A stretch of 64,000 bases of DNA from Holophagales bacterium (GTDB lineage: Bacteria; Acidobacteriota; Thermoanaerobaculia; Multivoradales; Multivoraceae): positions 9,069 through 73,068 of the forward strand of contig VXSP01000003.1 in assembly GCA_009837885.1 (NCBI GenBank), given 5' to 3'. The first letter of the stretch is position 1. Each line of letters opens with the position of its first letter. Below are positions 21,089-30,870 of the stretch, piece by piece. Made by a program: the position numbers and the translations under genes. Under the pieces are notes generated by a model. It was given only the letters and a program-made list of their open reading frames with translations, did not search any database and had not been told where the DNA came from.

Positions 21089-21340
21089 TCAATCCAGGAA
21101 GCGGTGACTGCCGTCGCAGTGCGGCATCCTGTCGCTGCGCTTGCACTGACACAGGGCGACCCGCCGATCGGCCTCCAGCGTGAGGCGCATCGGTTCGAAT
21201 TCGGTGCCCCGGTGCGACCCGTCGCAGAAAGGCTGGTTCTCTGACCGGCCACAGCGGCACCACCAGTAGGTGCCGGCCTCAAGTTCGATCTTCGCGGGTT
21301 CGCGGGCGGCTATTCGGGCTTCGCTCATCGTGGTTCCCAA
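21089..21340 (-). CDS. CDGSH iron-sulfur domain protein (two CDGSH motifs)
   Basis: [16 protein letters not shown] and [16 protein letters not shown]. Confidence 0.85.
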   Translation of the reverse strand: MGTTMSEARIAAREPAKIELEAGTYWWCRCGRSENQPFCDGSHRGTEFEPMRLTLEADRRVALCQCKRSDRMPHCDGSHRFLD

Positions 21341-21433
21341 CGTCGGGGCACGCCCGACCGACGCGACAAGGCTAGCAGGCCCTCATGCTACGCCGATGCG
21401 AGTCTTGTCGCCGCACTTCCATACTGGGCGCGG

Positions 21434-21805
21434 CTACCTGGGGAAGTAGCGCACGCCCGGCAGCCCCTCGAAGTCCGCGTCCTGGGTCCATAGTTTCGCG
21501 TCCTCGGAGTAGGCAGTTGCGAGGATCGAGGCGTCGGCCATCGGAAGGGAGTACCTGAGGGACAACTGGGCTGCGTGGAGGGCGAGTTCGGCAGACAAAG
21601 CGACGACCCGGCCTTGCTGCATGGCCGCAATGGCCTTCAGGGCCTCGACCTCGGAACGCTGCCGGGACGTGACCCTGAACACCTCGTAGAGGCAGATCAC
21701 AGGCACGAGGAGCCTTCTTGTGTCGAGGATGGGCTCCTCATACAAGTCCGCGCGCTCAGAGTCGGCGAGGAACTCGAGCCACGCAGACGAATCGACGACG
21801 TTCAC
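21434..21805 (-). CDS. vapC: PIN-domain toxin VapC
   Basis: MNVVDSSAWLEFL... with the PIN acidic pattern (D5, E.., D near the C-terminus: TQDADF). GTG start in a GTGA overlap with the antitoxin stop. Locally lower GC by eye. Confidence 0.85.
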   Translation of the reverse strand: MNVVDSSAWLEFLADSERADLYEEPILDTRRLLVPVICLYEVFRVTSRQRSEVEALKAIAAMQQGRVVALSAELALHAAQLSLRYSLPMADASILATAYSEDAKLWTQDADFEGLPGVRYFPR

Positions 21806-22008
21806 AGTCGATCAGGGTCACGGTCGACCGTCGTATCGATGCCCTTGAGAAGGCCCCGAGACTCGCGCATTGGCTTGACCGGGACCAGACTGATGGTCTT
21901 GCCCACGCGAAACGCCTGGATCTTCTGACCTGGCTCGAGCCGCAGAGCGGTGCGGATCTCAAGTGGGATGACGACCTGGTACTTGGGTGAGAGGGTTACT
22001 TGAGTCAT
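21802..22008 (-). CDS. vapB: AbrB/MazE/SpoVT-type antitoxin VapB
   Basis: MTQVTLSPKYQVVIPLEIRTALRLEPGQKI... is a typical SpoVT/AbrB swapped-hairpin motif. ATG at 22008. The upstream part of the track ORF was rejected. Confidence 0.8.
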   Translation of the reverse strand: MTQVTLSPKYQVVIPLEIRTALRLEPGQKIQAFRVGKTISLVPVKPMRESRGLLKGIDTTVDRDPDRL

Positions 22009-22025
22009 GGCCGTACAACGGTACC

Positions 22026-22037
22026 ACGATCGATCGT
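22026..22037. promoter_or_regulatory. perfect 12-bp palindrome upstream of vapB (candidate TA operator)
   Basis: ACGATCGATCGT lies 18-29 nt upstream of the vapB ATG. Confidence 0.3.
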
Positions 22038-22090
22038 CCCATCGTATGTCAGTGTGCAGCTCCGGATAGGCAGGTGCAACCGACGCGCCC

Positions 22091-23761
22091 CTACTCGCCA
22101 GCGACGGCGGCAAGCGCCGCCAGCCTCGCGGCTTCGAACTCGTCGCCGGGGCTCCAGGACGGGAGCTCGGGGTTCTCGGATATGGCGCGGGCACAGGCGA
22201 GGCCGAGTTCGACATCGTCGACCATGCCGTCGAAGTTCCAGCCCTCGCCTTCCTCGTTCATCGGCTGGTACTCGTCGGACACCTGGTGGTAGATGTTCTC
22301 GGTCCAGGCCTGCAGCACCTCGCTACCCCAGCCCTCGGGCCGGTCGATGAAGTCGGTGCCGTTGTCGAGGTAGATCGCCGGCACGCCCATCCGGGCGAAG
22401 TTCAACTGGTCCGAGCGGTAGAAGTAGCCGTTGGCGGGGAACTGGTCGGGCAGAACGGTGCGGCCCTGTTCGGCGGCGGCGGCCTCGACGACCGCGTCCA
22501 GGCTCGACTTGCCGTAGCCGATGTAGGTCACGTCGCGGGTCCGGCCCCACTGGTTGCCGCCGTCGTAGTTGATGTTCGCGGCCATCTTGCCGGGGGGCAC
22601 GGTCGGGTGGGCGGCGTAGTACTCGGACCCGAGCAGGCCCTGCTCCTCGGCGCCGACGAGCGCGAACAGCATGGAGCGGCTCGGGCCGGGTTCCTGCGAC
22701 GCCAGCTTGCTGGCGATCGCGAGCACTTGGGCGACCCCGGCCGCGTTGTCGAGGGCGCCGTTGTAGATGCGGTCTTCCAGGCTCTCGTCCGGCGAAACGC
22801 CGAGGTGGTCGTGGTGGGCCGTGAAGACGATCCACTCGTCGGCGAGCTCCGGGTCGCTGCCCGGCAGCGCGCCGAGCACGTTGGCCGTCCGCTCGCTGCT
22901 GACCGTGCTGGTGAGCGCCAGGCTCGTCGACAGGCCGAGGGGCACGGGACTGAAGTCGGCGCTCCGGGCCGACTCCAGGGTCTCGTCGTAGTCGACGCCG
23001 GCGAGGTCGAACAGGCGGCGTGACGCCTCTTCCGTCAGCCAGGCGTTGATCTGGGTGCGGGGTTCACCCTCGTCGGGCAACTCGAACTGCGGACCCGTCC
23101 AGGAGGTCTGCACGACCTGGAACGGGTAGCCGGCCGAGGGCGTCGTGTGGATGATGATCGCGCCGGCCGCACCCTGGGCCGCGGCGCTCTCGTACTTGTA
23201 GGTCCAGCGACCGTAGTAGAGCCGAAGGTCACCCTCGAACAGGTTCGGATCCCAGTCCGGGTCGTTGTTCAGCATGACCAGCACCTTGCCGGCGAGATCG
23301 GCGTCGCCGTAGTCGTCCCAGTCGTACTCGGGCGCCCGGATGCCGTAGCCGACGAACACCACCTCGGCGTCTTCGATCGCAGCCTGCTCGGACTGCACGC
23401 CGCTGTGGGCGATGAACTCGTCCCAGAAGGCGAACTCGGCGGTGTCGCCGCTGCCCGAAGTGAAGGTCCAGGTTTCGGGCACGGTGGAGTCGATGCTGAC
23501 GATGTCGAACGGCTGCTCCCAACCGCCGTCCGCGGCGGCGGGTTCGAGACCCATGCCGGCCATCACGTCGGCGATGTACTGCCGGGCCATGACGTCACCG
23601 GCGGTACCGGGGCCGCGGCCCTCCATCGCGTCGTCGGAGAGGTCGGCGATCCAGGTGGCGAGCTGGGTCGCGGTGTCGGGCTGGGCGGCCGGCTGGGTGC
23701 AGGCGGCGATGCCAAGAAGGAGAAGCGGGCAAAGGGTAGCGGCGGTGGTTCGTTTGGTCAT
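22091..23761 (-). CDS. M28 family aminopeptidase lipoprotein with PA domain
   Basis: Lipobox LLLGIAAC. Metal-ligand style motifs (FTAHHDHLG, GALDNAAG, GAEEQGLLGS, NDSW-like). About 556 aa. Confidence 0.85.
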   Translation of the reverse strand: MTKRTTAATLCPLLLLGIAACTQPAAQPDTATQLATWIADLSDDAMEGRGPGTAGDVMARQYIADVMAGMGLEPAAADGGWEQPFDIVSIDSTVPETWTFTSGSGDTAEFAFWDEFIAHSGVQSEQAAIEDAEVVFVGYGIRAPEYDWDDYGDADLAGKVLVMLNNDPDWDPNLFEGDLRLYYGRWTYKYESAAAQGAAGAIIIHTTPSAGYPFQVVQTSWTGPQFELPDEGEPRTQINAWLTEEASRRLFDLAGVDYDETLESARSADFSPVPLGLSTSLALTSTVSSERTANVLGALPGSDPELADEWIVFTAHHDHLGVSPDESLEDRIYNGALDNAAGVAQVLAIASKLASQEPGPSRSMLFALVGAEEQGLLGSEYYAAHPTVPPGKMAANINYDGGNQWGRTRDVTYIGYGKSSLDAVVEAAAAEQGRTVLPDQFPANGYFYRSDQLNFARMGVPAIYLDNGTDFIDRPEGWGSEVLQAWTENIYHQVSDEYQPMNEEGEGWNFDGMVDDVELGLACARAISENPELPSWSPGDEFEAARLAALAAVAGE

Positions 23762-23869
23762 TGGCGAATCGTAACGCGGCGCGACTCGCGCTCGCCGCTG
23801 CCATCCGTGCGCCCGAATGACGGGCGCACGGAGTGGTTCGCGTGTGGCGCGGACCGCGCCACCCGGGTC

Positions 23870-23926
23870 CGCGGCATCGCGCCTGATGCCGGCGAGGGCG
23901 CCGGCGCACCCAGTGTGAACCGACTG
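23870..23926 (+). repeat. hairpin-tail repeat, copy a (upstream of xerD)
   Basis: CGCGGCATCGCGCCTGATGCCGGCGAGGGCGCCGGCGCACCCAGTGTGAACCGACTG. Hairpin GCCGGCG-AGGG-CGCCGGC at 23888-23905. Confidence 0.8.
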
Positions 23927-23946
23927 ATAGATTGTTGGCTATAGGA

Positions 23947-24873
23947 ATGGCCGCTACGAACACGCTGAGCAGGCCCGCCAGGGTGTCCGAGAGCGAGCGG
24001 ACGCTGGACCGCTATCTCGACGGACTGCTGGTGGAGCGGGGCCTCTCCCAGCACACGGTCGACGCCTACCGGCGCGACCTGACGCGGCTGGCGGGCAACC
24101 TGGAGGACGCCGGCGGCGACCTGTTGACGGCATCCGTCGATCAGCTCGGACAGCACCTGCGGCGCCTGCGCCGGGACGGGCTGTCGCCCCGCTCGGTGAG
24201 CCGCGCCCTGGTCTCGATGCGCCGGTTCTACGCCTTCCTGGTCAACGAGGGCGACCGGGGCGACAATCCGGCGGTCAATCTCTACCCGCCCAGACTGCCG
24301 CGCCGGCTCCCCAAGGTGCTGCGCGAACATCAGGTCGAGGCGCTGCTCGACGCCCCGGACACAAGCCGTCCGGCGGGGGTCCGCGACCGCACGATGATCG
24401 AGCTGCTCTACGCCACCGGCTTGCGCGTCAGCGAGATGGTCGGCCTCGAACGGACCCAGCTTCAGCTCGACGCCGGCTACCTCATCGCGTTCGGCAAGGG
24501 GGCCAGGGAACGGGTGGTGCCGGTCGGCGAATCGGCCGAGAACTGGCTTCACCGCTACCTCCGCGAGGTGCGGCCGGTGATGGCGAAAGGCAGGCACGAT
24601 GTCGTCTTCGTCAGCTATCGCGGCAGCGGACTGACCCGGCAGGGCTTCTGGAAGCTGCTCAGGAACCACGGCCTGGGGGCCGGGATAACCGATCTCTCCC
24701 CCCATGTTCTGCGGCACAGCTTCGCCACCCACCTGCTGGAACACGGCGCCGACCTGCGCGCCGTCCAGGTAATGCTCGGCCACGCGAACATCACGACGAC
24801 GCAGATCTACACGCACATTCACGAGCACCGCCTGCGGACGCTGTACGACGAGTACCACCCGCGGGCGCGGTAA
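23947..24873 (+). CDS. xerD: site-specific tyrosine recombinase XerD
   Basis: LDRYLDGLLVERGLSQHTVDAYRRDLTRLA N-terminal SAM-like domain. Catalytic region ...RHSFATHLLEHGADLRAVQVMLGHANITTTQIYTHI. ATG 23947 (track start TTG 23932). Confidence 0.9.
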   Translation: MAATNTLSRPARVSESERTLDRYLDGLLVERGLSQHTVDAYRRDLTRLAGNLEDAGGDLLTASVDQLGQHLRRLRRDGLSPRSVSRALVSMRRFYAFLVNEGDRGDNPAVNLYPPRLPRRLPKVLREHQVEALLDAPDTSRPAGVRDRTMIELLYATGLRVSEMVGLERTQLQLDAGYLIAFGKGARERVVPVGESAENWLHRYLREVRPVMAKGRHDVVFVSYRGSGLTRQGFWKLLRNHGLGAGITDLSPHVLRHSFATHLLEHGADLRAVQVMLGHANITTTQIYTHIHEHRLRTLYDEYHPRAR

Positions 24874-24890
24874 AGGCGCGAGTAGCTCGG

Positions 24891-24962
24891 GCTCGCCGCT
24901 TCGCGGCATCGCGCTTGCTGCCGGCGGGGACGCCGGCGTACCCAGTGTGTGACCACCGACTG
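24891..24962 (+). repeat. hairpin-tail repeat, copy b (downstream of xerD)
   Basis: GCTCGCCGCTTCGCGGCATCGCGCTTGCTGCCGGCGGGGACGCCGGCGTACCCAGTGTGTGACCACCGACTG. Same orientation as copy a. Hairpin at 24920-24937. Confidence 0.8.
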
Positions 24963-24969
24963 GTGACGG

Positions 24970-25662
24970 CTACAGGCCGAGGAAGCCGTAGACGCGGCCG
25001 ATGAAGGTCACCGTCTCGCGGTAGGGCGGGACGCCGTCGTGGGCGTCGACGGCGCCTTCGCCGGCGTTGTAGCCGGCGAGCACGCGCGGCAGATCGTCCT
25101 CGAAGCGGCGGCGGAGCCAGGTCAGGTAACGGGCCGCCGCCAGGACGTTTCGGGCCGGGTCGTGAAGCTCCCGCGGCGACACTCCGAACCGCTCGGCGGT
25201 CGCCGGCATCAACTGAAGCAGCCCGCGGGCGCCCTTGGAGGACACGGCGGCCGGATCGTAGTTCGACTCGGCCCGCGCCAGAGCCGCCAGCAGCTCAGGA
25301 TTCAGCTCGTGCTCGCGGCCGACCTGGAGGAAGAGCTCCCCGTAGGGCGTCGCCGGCGCCGTCTGCCCGGCCCGGTAGTCGAACGTGAAACCGGGTTCAG
25401 CCGGTGAGTCCGGCGGCGGCTCCTCGACGATCTCGTCATCGACGATGCGCTCGACCTGGATCAGCGGCAGGGTTACCGCGCCGCCGCCCTCGAGGATCAG
25501 CCGGATCCGCTCGGCGCCCACGACCTCGCCACGGTGCTGAACTTCCCACCCGGCCACCTTGTAGTGGTGGCCGTTGGTCAGAATCGCGAGTTCGGCGCCG
25601 GCCGCCGCCGCGCCGGCCAGCAGAACCGTGGCCGCCAGGGCGACCCGGACGACGACGCGCAC
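24970..25662 (-). CDS. lytic transglycosylase (SLT domain) protein
   Basis: LLAALARAESNYDPAAVSSKGARGLLQLMPATA is an SLT catalytic-Glu motif. Signal peptide present. Confidence 0.85.
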   Translation of the reverse strand: MRVVVRVALAATVLLAGAAAAGAELAILTNGHHYKVAGWEVQHRGEVVGAERIRLILEGGGAVTLPLIQVERIVDDEIVEEPPPDSPAEPGFTFDYRAGQTAPATPYGELFLQVGREHELNPELLAALARAESNYDPAAVSSKGARGLLQLMPATAERFGVSPRELHDPARNVLAAARYLTWLRRRFEDDLPRVLAGYNAGEGAVDAHDGVPPYRETVTFIGRVYGFLGL

Positions 25663-25671
25663 CGCTTCTCC

Positions 25672-27735
25672 TCAGCCGCCGGCCGCCCGCAGCAGCTCCT
25701 GGTCAACCGGCGTCCCGGAGGCCGCCGCCGCCGGCTGGTAGCGCATCACGACCAGAGTCAGATCGTCCTCGGCGCCCACGCCTTCGGTGTAGCGGCGGAT
25801 GTCGCCGAGAATGCGGTCCCGCACTTCCATCGCGCTGTCGGCCGAACCCTTGAGGGAGTCGATCGTGCGCTCGTAGCCGAAGACCTCGCCGTCGGCGTCC
25901 GCGGCCTCGATGAAGCCGTCCGAGAGCCAGACCATGACGTCGCCGGGCTCGAGTTCGAAGCGCCGGAAGCCGTAGTCCGCGCCGAGCGCGCCGAGCGGGG
26001 ACCCGGAAAGCAGGATCTCCTCGATCTCGCCGTTCCGCAGGAGGTAGGCGGGAGGATGGCCGGCGTTCGTCATCTCGATGACGCCGGTCGACACGTCGAT
26101 CAGGGAGAGACTCGCGGTGACGAACACGCGGTCGCTCTCCTTGCGCACCAGGCCGTCCAGAGCGGGAAGCAACTGCCGGGCCGGTTTGCCCTCCTCCACC
26201 AGGGTGAGCAGGCCGGCCTTGAGCATCGCCATGCGGAGACCGGCCGAGAGGCCGTGGCCGGCCACGTCCGCGATGACCACGCCAAGCCGGCCCCTGTCCC
26301 CTTCCCACTCGCCAGGAAGCTCGAGGATGTCGAAGTAGTCGCCGCCGATCGCGGCCGAGGGCTCGAAGAAGGTGGCGAACTCGACCCCCTCCACCTGAAG
26401 TCCCTGGCCCGGAATGAGGTTCTTCTGGACTTCGCGCGCGAACTCGAGTTCCCGCTCGAGGGCACGCCGGGCCGTGCGCTCGGCGATCAGGCGCTCCAGG
26501 CCCGCCGCCATCTCGTTGAACGAACGCTGGAGCGCCCCGAGCTGATCCTTGCGCCGCACCGGGATGCGGGCCGAGAAGTCGCCCGCCTGCACGGCCCCGG
26601 TGGCCGCGCTCAACCGGTTCACGGCCCGGCTGAGCCCGAGGATCATGAACATGGCCATGACCGTCGCCGCGATGAAGACGTCGAAGAGCATGAAAGTGGC
26701 AAAGCCGAAGAAGAACCAGCCCAGCGTGTCCACCTGGCTCGAGGCCGAGAAGAGATGGCGGAAGACGATCGGCTGCGTCGCCGCCAACGACACCGAGACC
26801 GGCGGCGACACCGGCGCGCCGTCGGCGAACGCATGGAGCGGCCCGGCCATCTCGACACTGACGATGCTGAGTGGAGAACTGGCGTTCAGGGACTCGAAGA
26901 ACGCCTCCCGTTCCTCGCCGCCCCCGGTCCGCGCCAGCGGCTGCAACATGAACTGCGTGCCGCCGCCGATCTGGACCGTCCAGCCCGCGCCGTCCGTCTC
27001 GCCGGGGCCGCGGAGCAACGTCCAGACGTCGCTTCGGCGGCTCAGCTCCCGTTCCAGCAGCCCCCTGGCCGCCGGATCGTAGAACGCAACGACTCCCGAG
27101 GGCCCCCGGCGCAAGACCGCTGCAAACGTGGCCGCACCGTCGGGAAGTACGACGAGCGGCGGAATCCTGCTCCGCCGCGGTTGCCCATCGGTTGCCTCGT
27201 CCGTCTCCAGCCACGCGGGAAAGGACGCCGGCGCCCGCGGATCCCCACCCGCCCGGACGCCGTCCCGGTAGTACGCGAGCGCGGCGCCCCCCTGCGCGGC
27301 AGGCAGTGCGGAAGGATCCAGGAGCCCCATCTCGAGAGGCTGGAGAAGGAACCCGGACACCGCCTCGAGTTCCTCGTGGAGACCGATCGCCGCTTCGCGG
27401 TAGAGATGGCCGAGGAAGAAGCCGGACAGCAGGTATGCCGCGACGATGACCAGCACCAGGCTGAGCAGGAACGGCAGCAGACCCAACAGCACATAGCTGA
27501 AGGCGAGTCGCCGGCCCACCCGCCACAGCAACCGGCGCTGCAGCCAGACCACGAGTGTCCAGCCGATTGCACCCCCGACGATCGTGATCAGGGTCCAGGC
27601 AAGCAAGTCGAGCGCCACGGGCGCATCCAGTGACACCGTGACGATCGAGAGCGCCAGCGCGAGAGCCGCCCCGGACAGCCAGGCGACTCGCCGCCATGGC
27701 CTGCTTCGACTCGCTCTTTTCTCGCGACTGGGCAC
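25672..27735 (-). CDS. membrane sensor PP2C/SpoIIE-family phosphatase with HAMP domain
   Basis: Two TM segments flank a large extracytoplasmic region. HAMP-like linker (RAVNRLSAATGAVQAGDFSARIPV). C-terminal SpoIIE/PP2C motifs (GGDYFD, VIADVAGHG, SDGFIEA). Confidence 0.85.
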   Translation of the reverse strand: MPSREKRASRSRPWRRVAWLSGAALALALSIVTVSLDAPVALDLLAWTLITIVGGAIGWTLVVWLQRRLLWRVGRRLAFSYVLLGLLPFLLSLVLVIVAAYLLSGFFLGHLYREAAIGLHEELEAVSGFLLQPLEMGLLDPSALPAAQGGAALAYYRDGVRAGGDPRAPASFPAWLETDEATDGQPRRSRIPPLVVLPDGAATFAAVLRRGPSGVVAFYDPAARGLLERELSRRSDVWTLLRGPGETDGAGWTVQIGGGTQFMLQPLARTGGGEEREAFFESLNASSPLSIVSVEMAGPLHAFADGAPVSPPVSVSLAATQPIVFRHLFSASSQVDTLGWFFFGFATFMLFDVFIAATVMAMFMILGLSRAVNRLSAATGAVQAGDFSARIPVRRKDQLGALQRSFNEMAAGLERLIAERTARRALERELEFAREVQKNLIPGQGLQVEGVEFATFFEPSAAIGGDYFDILELPGEWEGDRGRLGVVIADVAGHGLSAGLRMAMLKAGLLTLVEEGKPARQLLPALDGLVRKESDRVFVTASLSLIDVSTGVIEMTNAGHPPAYLLRNGEIEEILLSGSPLGALGADYGFRRFELEPGDVMVWLSDGFIEAADADGEVFGYERTIDSLKGSADSAMEVRDRILGDIRRYTEGVGAEDDLTLVVMRYQPAAAASGTPVDQELLRAAGG

Positions 27736-27876
27736 CTGGGGTTCTCGCCGATCCGCGGGGCAGCGTCATGGTACTATCTGCCTCCAGACTGTCCCGCGGA
27801 CGGAGCCCCCAGGCGCGGCGGCGGGCAGAGGTTCCGCCCCCCGATAGCGCCCGGCTGCCACATCCCAAGAACCACC

Positions 27877-29742
<1,866 letters not shown>

Positions 29743-29743
29743 C

Positions 29744-30808
29744 GTGGACATGCCGACAACCGAAGCGACGCCGCTGACCCGAAAGGACTTCCAGAGCGAT
29801 CAGGAAGTCCGCTGGTGTCCCGGCTGCGGCGACTACGCCATCCTCTCAGCCGTCCAGCAGGTGTTCCCGGAGCTGGGAATCCCCCGCGAGAAGTTCGTCA
29901 TCGTGTCCGGGATCGGCTGTTCCAGCCGCTTCCCGTACTACATGAACACGTACGGCTTCCACTCCATTCACGGCCGCGCGCCGGCGGTGGCGACCGGCAT
30001 CAAGATGACCCGGCCGGACCTCGACGTCTGGGTCGTCACCGGCGACGGCGACGCCCTGTCGATCGGCGGCAACCACCTGATCCACACGCTCCGCCGGAAC
30101 GTGAACGTCAAGATCCTGCTGTTCAACAACCGGGTCTACGGCCTGACGAAGGGGCAGTACTCGCCCACCAGCGAACTTGGCAAGCGCACGAAGTCGACGC
30201 CCCACGGCTCGGTCGACTTCCCCTTCAACCCGCTGAACATCGCGATCGGCGCCGGCGCCACGTTCGTCGCGCGCAGCGTCGACATCTTCATGCCCCATCT
30301 CAAGGAGGTGTTGAAGCGGGCGGCGGCGCACAAGGGCTCGGCGTTCGTCGAGGTGATGCAGAACTGCAACATCTACAACGACAAGGCCTTCGCCGCCCTG
30401 ACCGACAAGACGGGCCGGCAGCAGAACGGTCTCTACCTCGAGCACGGCAAGCCTCTGGTGTTCGGCGACAACCAGGACAAGGGCCTGCGTTTCACCGGGA
30501 CGGACTTCGAGGTCATCGAACTCGGCAACGGCAAGAGCGCCGACGACTGCCTCGTATGGGACGAGAAGCACGCGAATCCGTCCCTGGCGTTCCAGATGGC
30601 AAGCATCTCGACCGGCGACGGCCTCGGCGACTTCCCGGTCCCGCTGGGCGTCCTCCGCGCGGTCGATGCCCCCACGTACGACGCCGGCGTCATCGACCAG
30701 ATCGACGAGTTGACGACGGCGCGGCCGCAGACCCTCGATCAGTTGATCCACGGCACCGACACCTGGACCGTCGACGCCGGCGGCAGCGTCCACCGCGGCG
30801 CCAACTGA
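29744..30808 (+). CDS. korB: 2-oxoacid:ferredoxin oxidoreductase subunit beta
   Basis: RWCPGCGDYAILSAVQQ and SGIGCSSRFPYY, GDGDALSIGGNH (TPP-binding). GTG 29744 lies 6 nt after GGAG. Confidence 0.9.
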   Translation: MDMPTTEATPLTRKDFQSDQEVRWCPGCGDYAILSAVQQVFPELGIPREKFVIVSGIGCSSRFPYYMNTYGFHSIHGRAPAVATGIKMTRPDLDVWVVTGDGDALSIGGNHLIHTLRRNVNVKILLFNNRVYGLTKGQYSPTSELGKRTKSTPHGSVDFPFNPLNIAIGAGATFVARSVDIFMPHLKEVLKRAAAHKGSAFVEVMQNCNIYNDKAFAALTDKTGRQQNGLYLEHGKPLVFGDNQDKGLRFTGTDFEVIELGNGKSADDCLVWDEKHANPSLAFQMASISTGDGLGDFPVPLGVLRAVDAPTYDAGVIDQIDELTTARPQTLDQLIHGTDTWTVDAGGSVHRGAN

Positions 30809-30870
30809 ACGGTGGGCGGTAAGCCCACGGAAGTCGGCGGCCGCTCACTAGAGCCGGGCGGCGAACCTCG

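Noticed and set aside
23932-24873. xerD as the integrase of an integrated mobile element
   Set aside because: The protein looks like housekeeping XerD in N-terminal domain, length and motifs. No cargo genes lie between the flanking repeats, and no tRNA or att-like duplication is adjacent. I kept this only as a low-probability alternative in the repeat finding.
25534-27868. 699-aa (+) and 721-aa (-, alternative frame) ORFs overlapping the PP2C/HAMP gene
   Set aside because: Only the 25672-27735 frame shows TM helices and HAMP and SpoIIE motifs. The others are Arg/Gly/Pro-rich.
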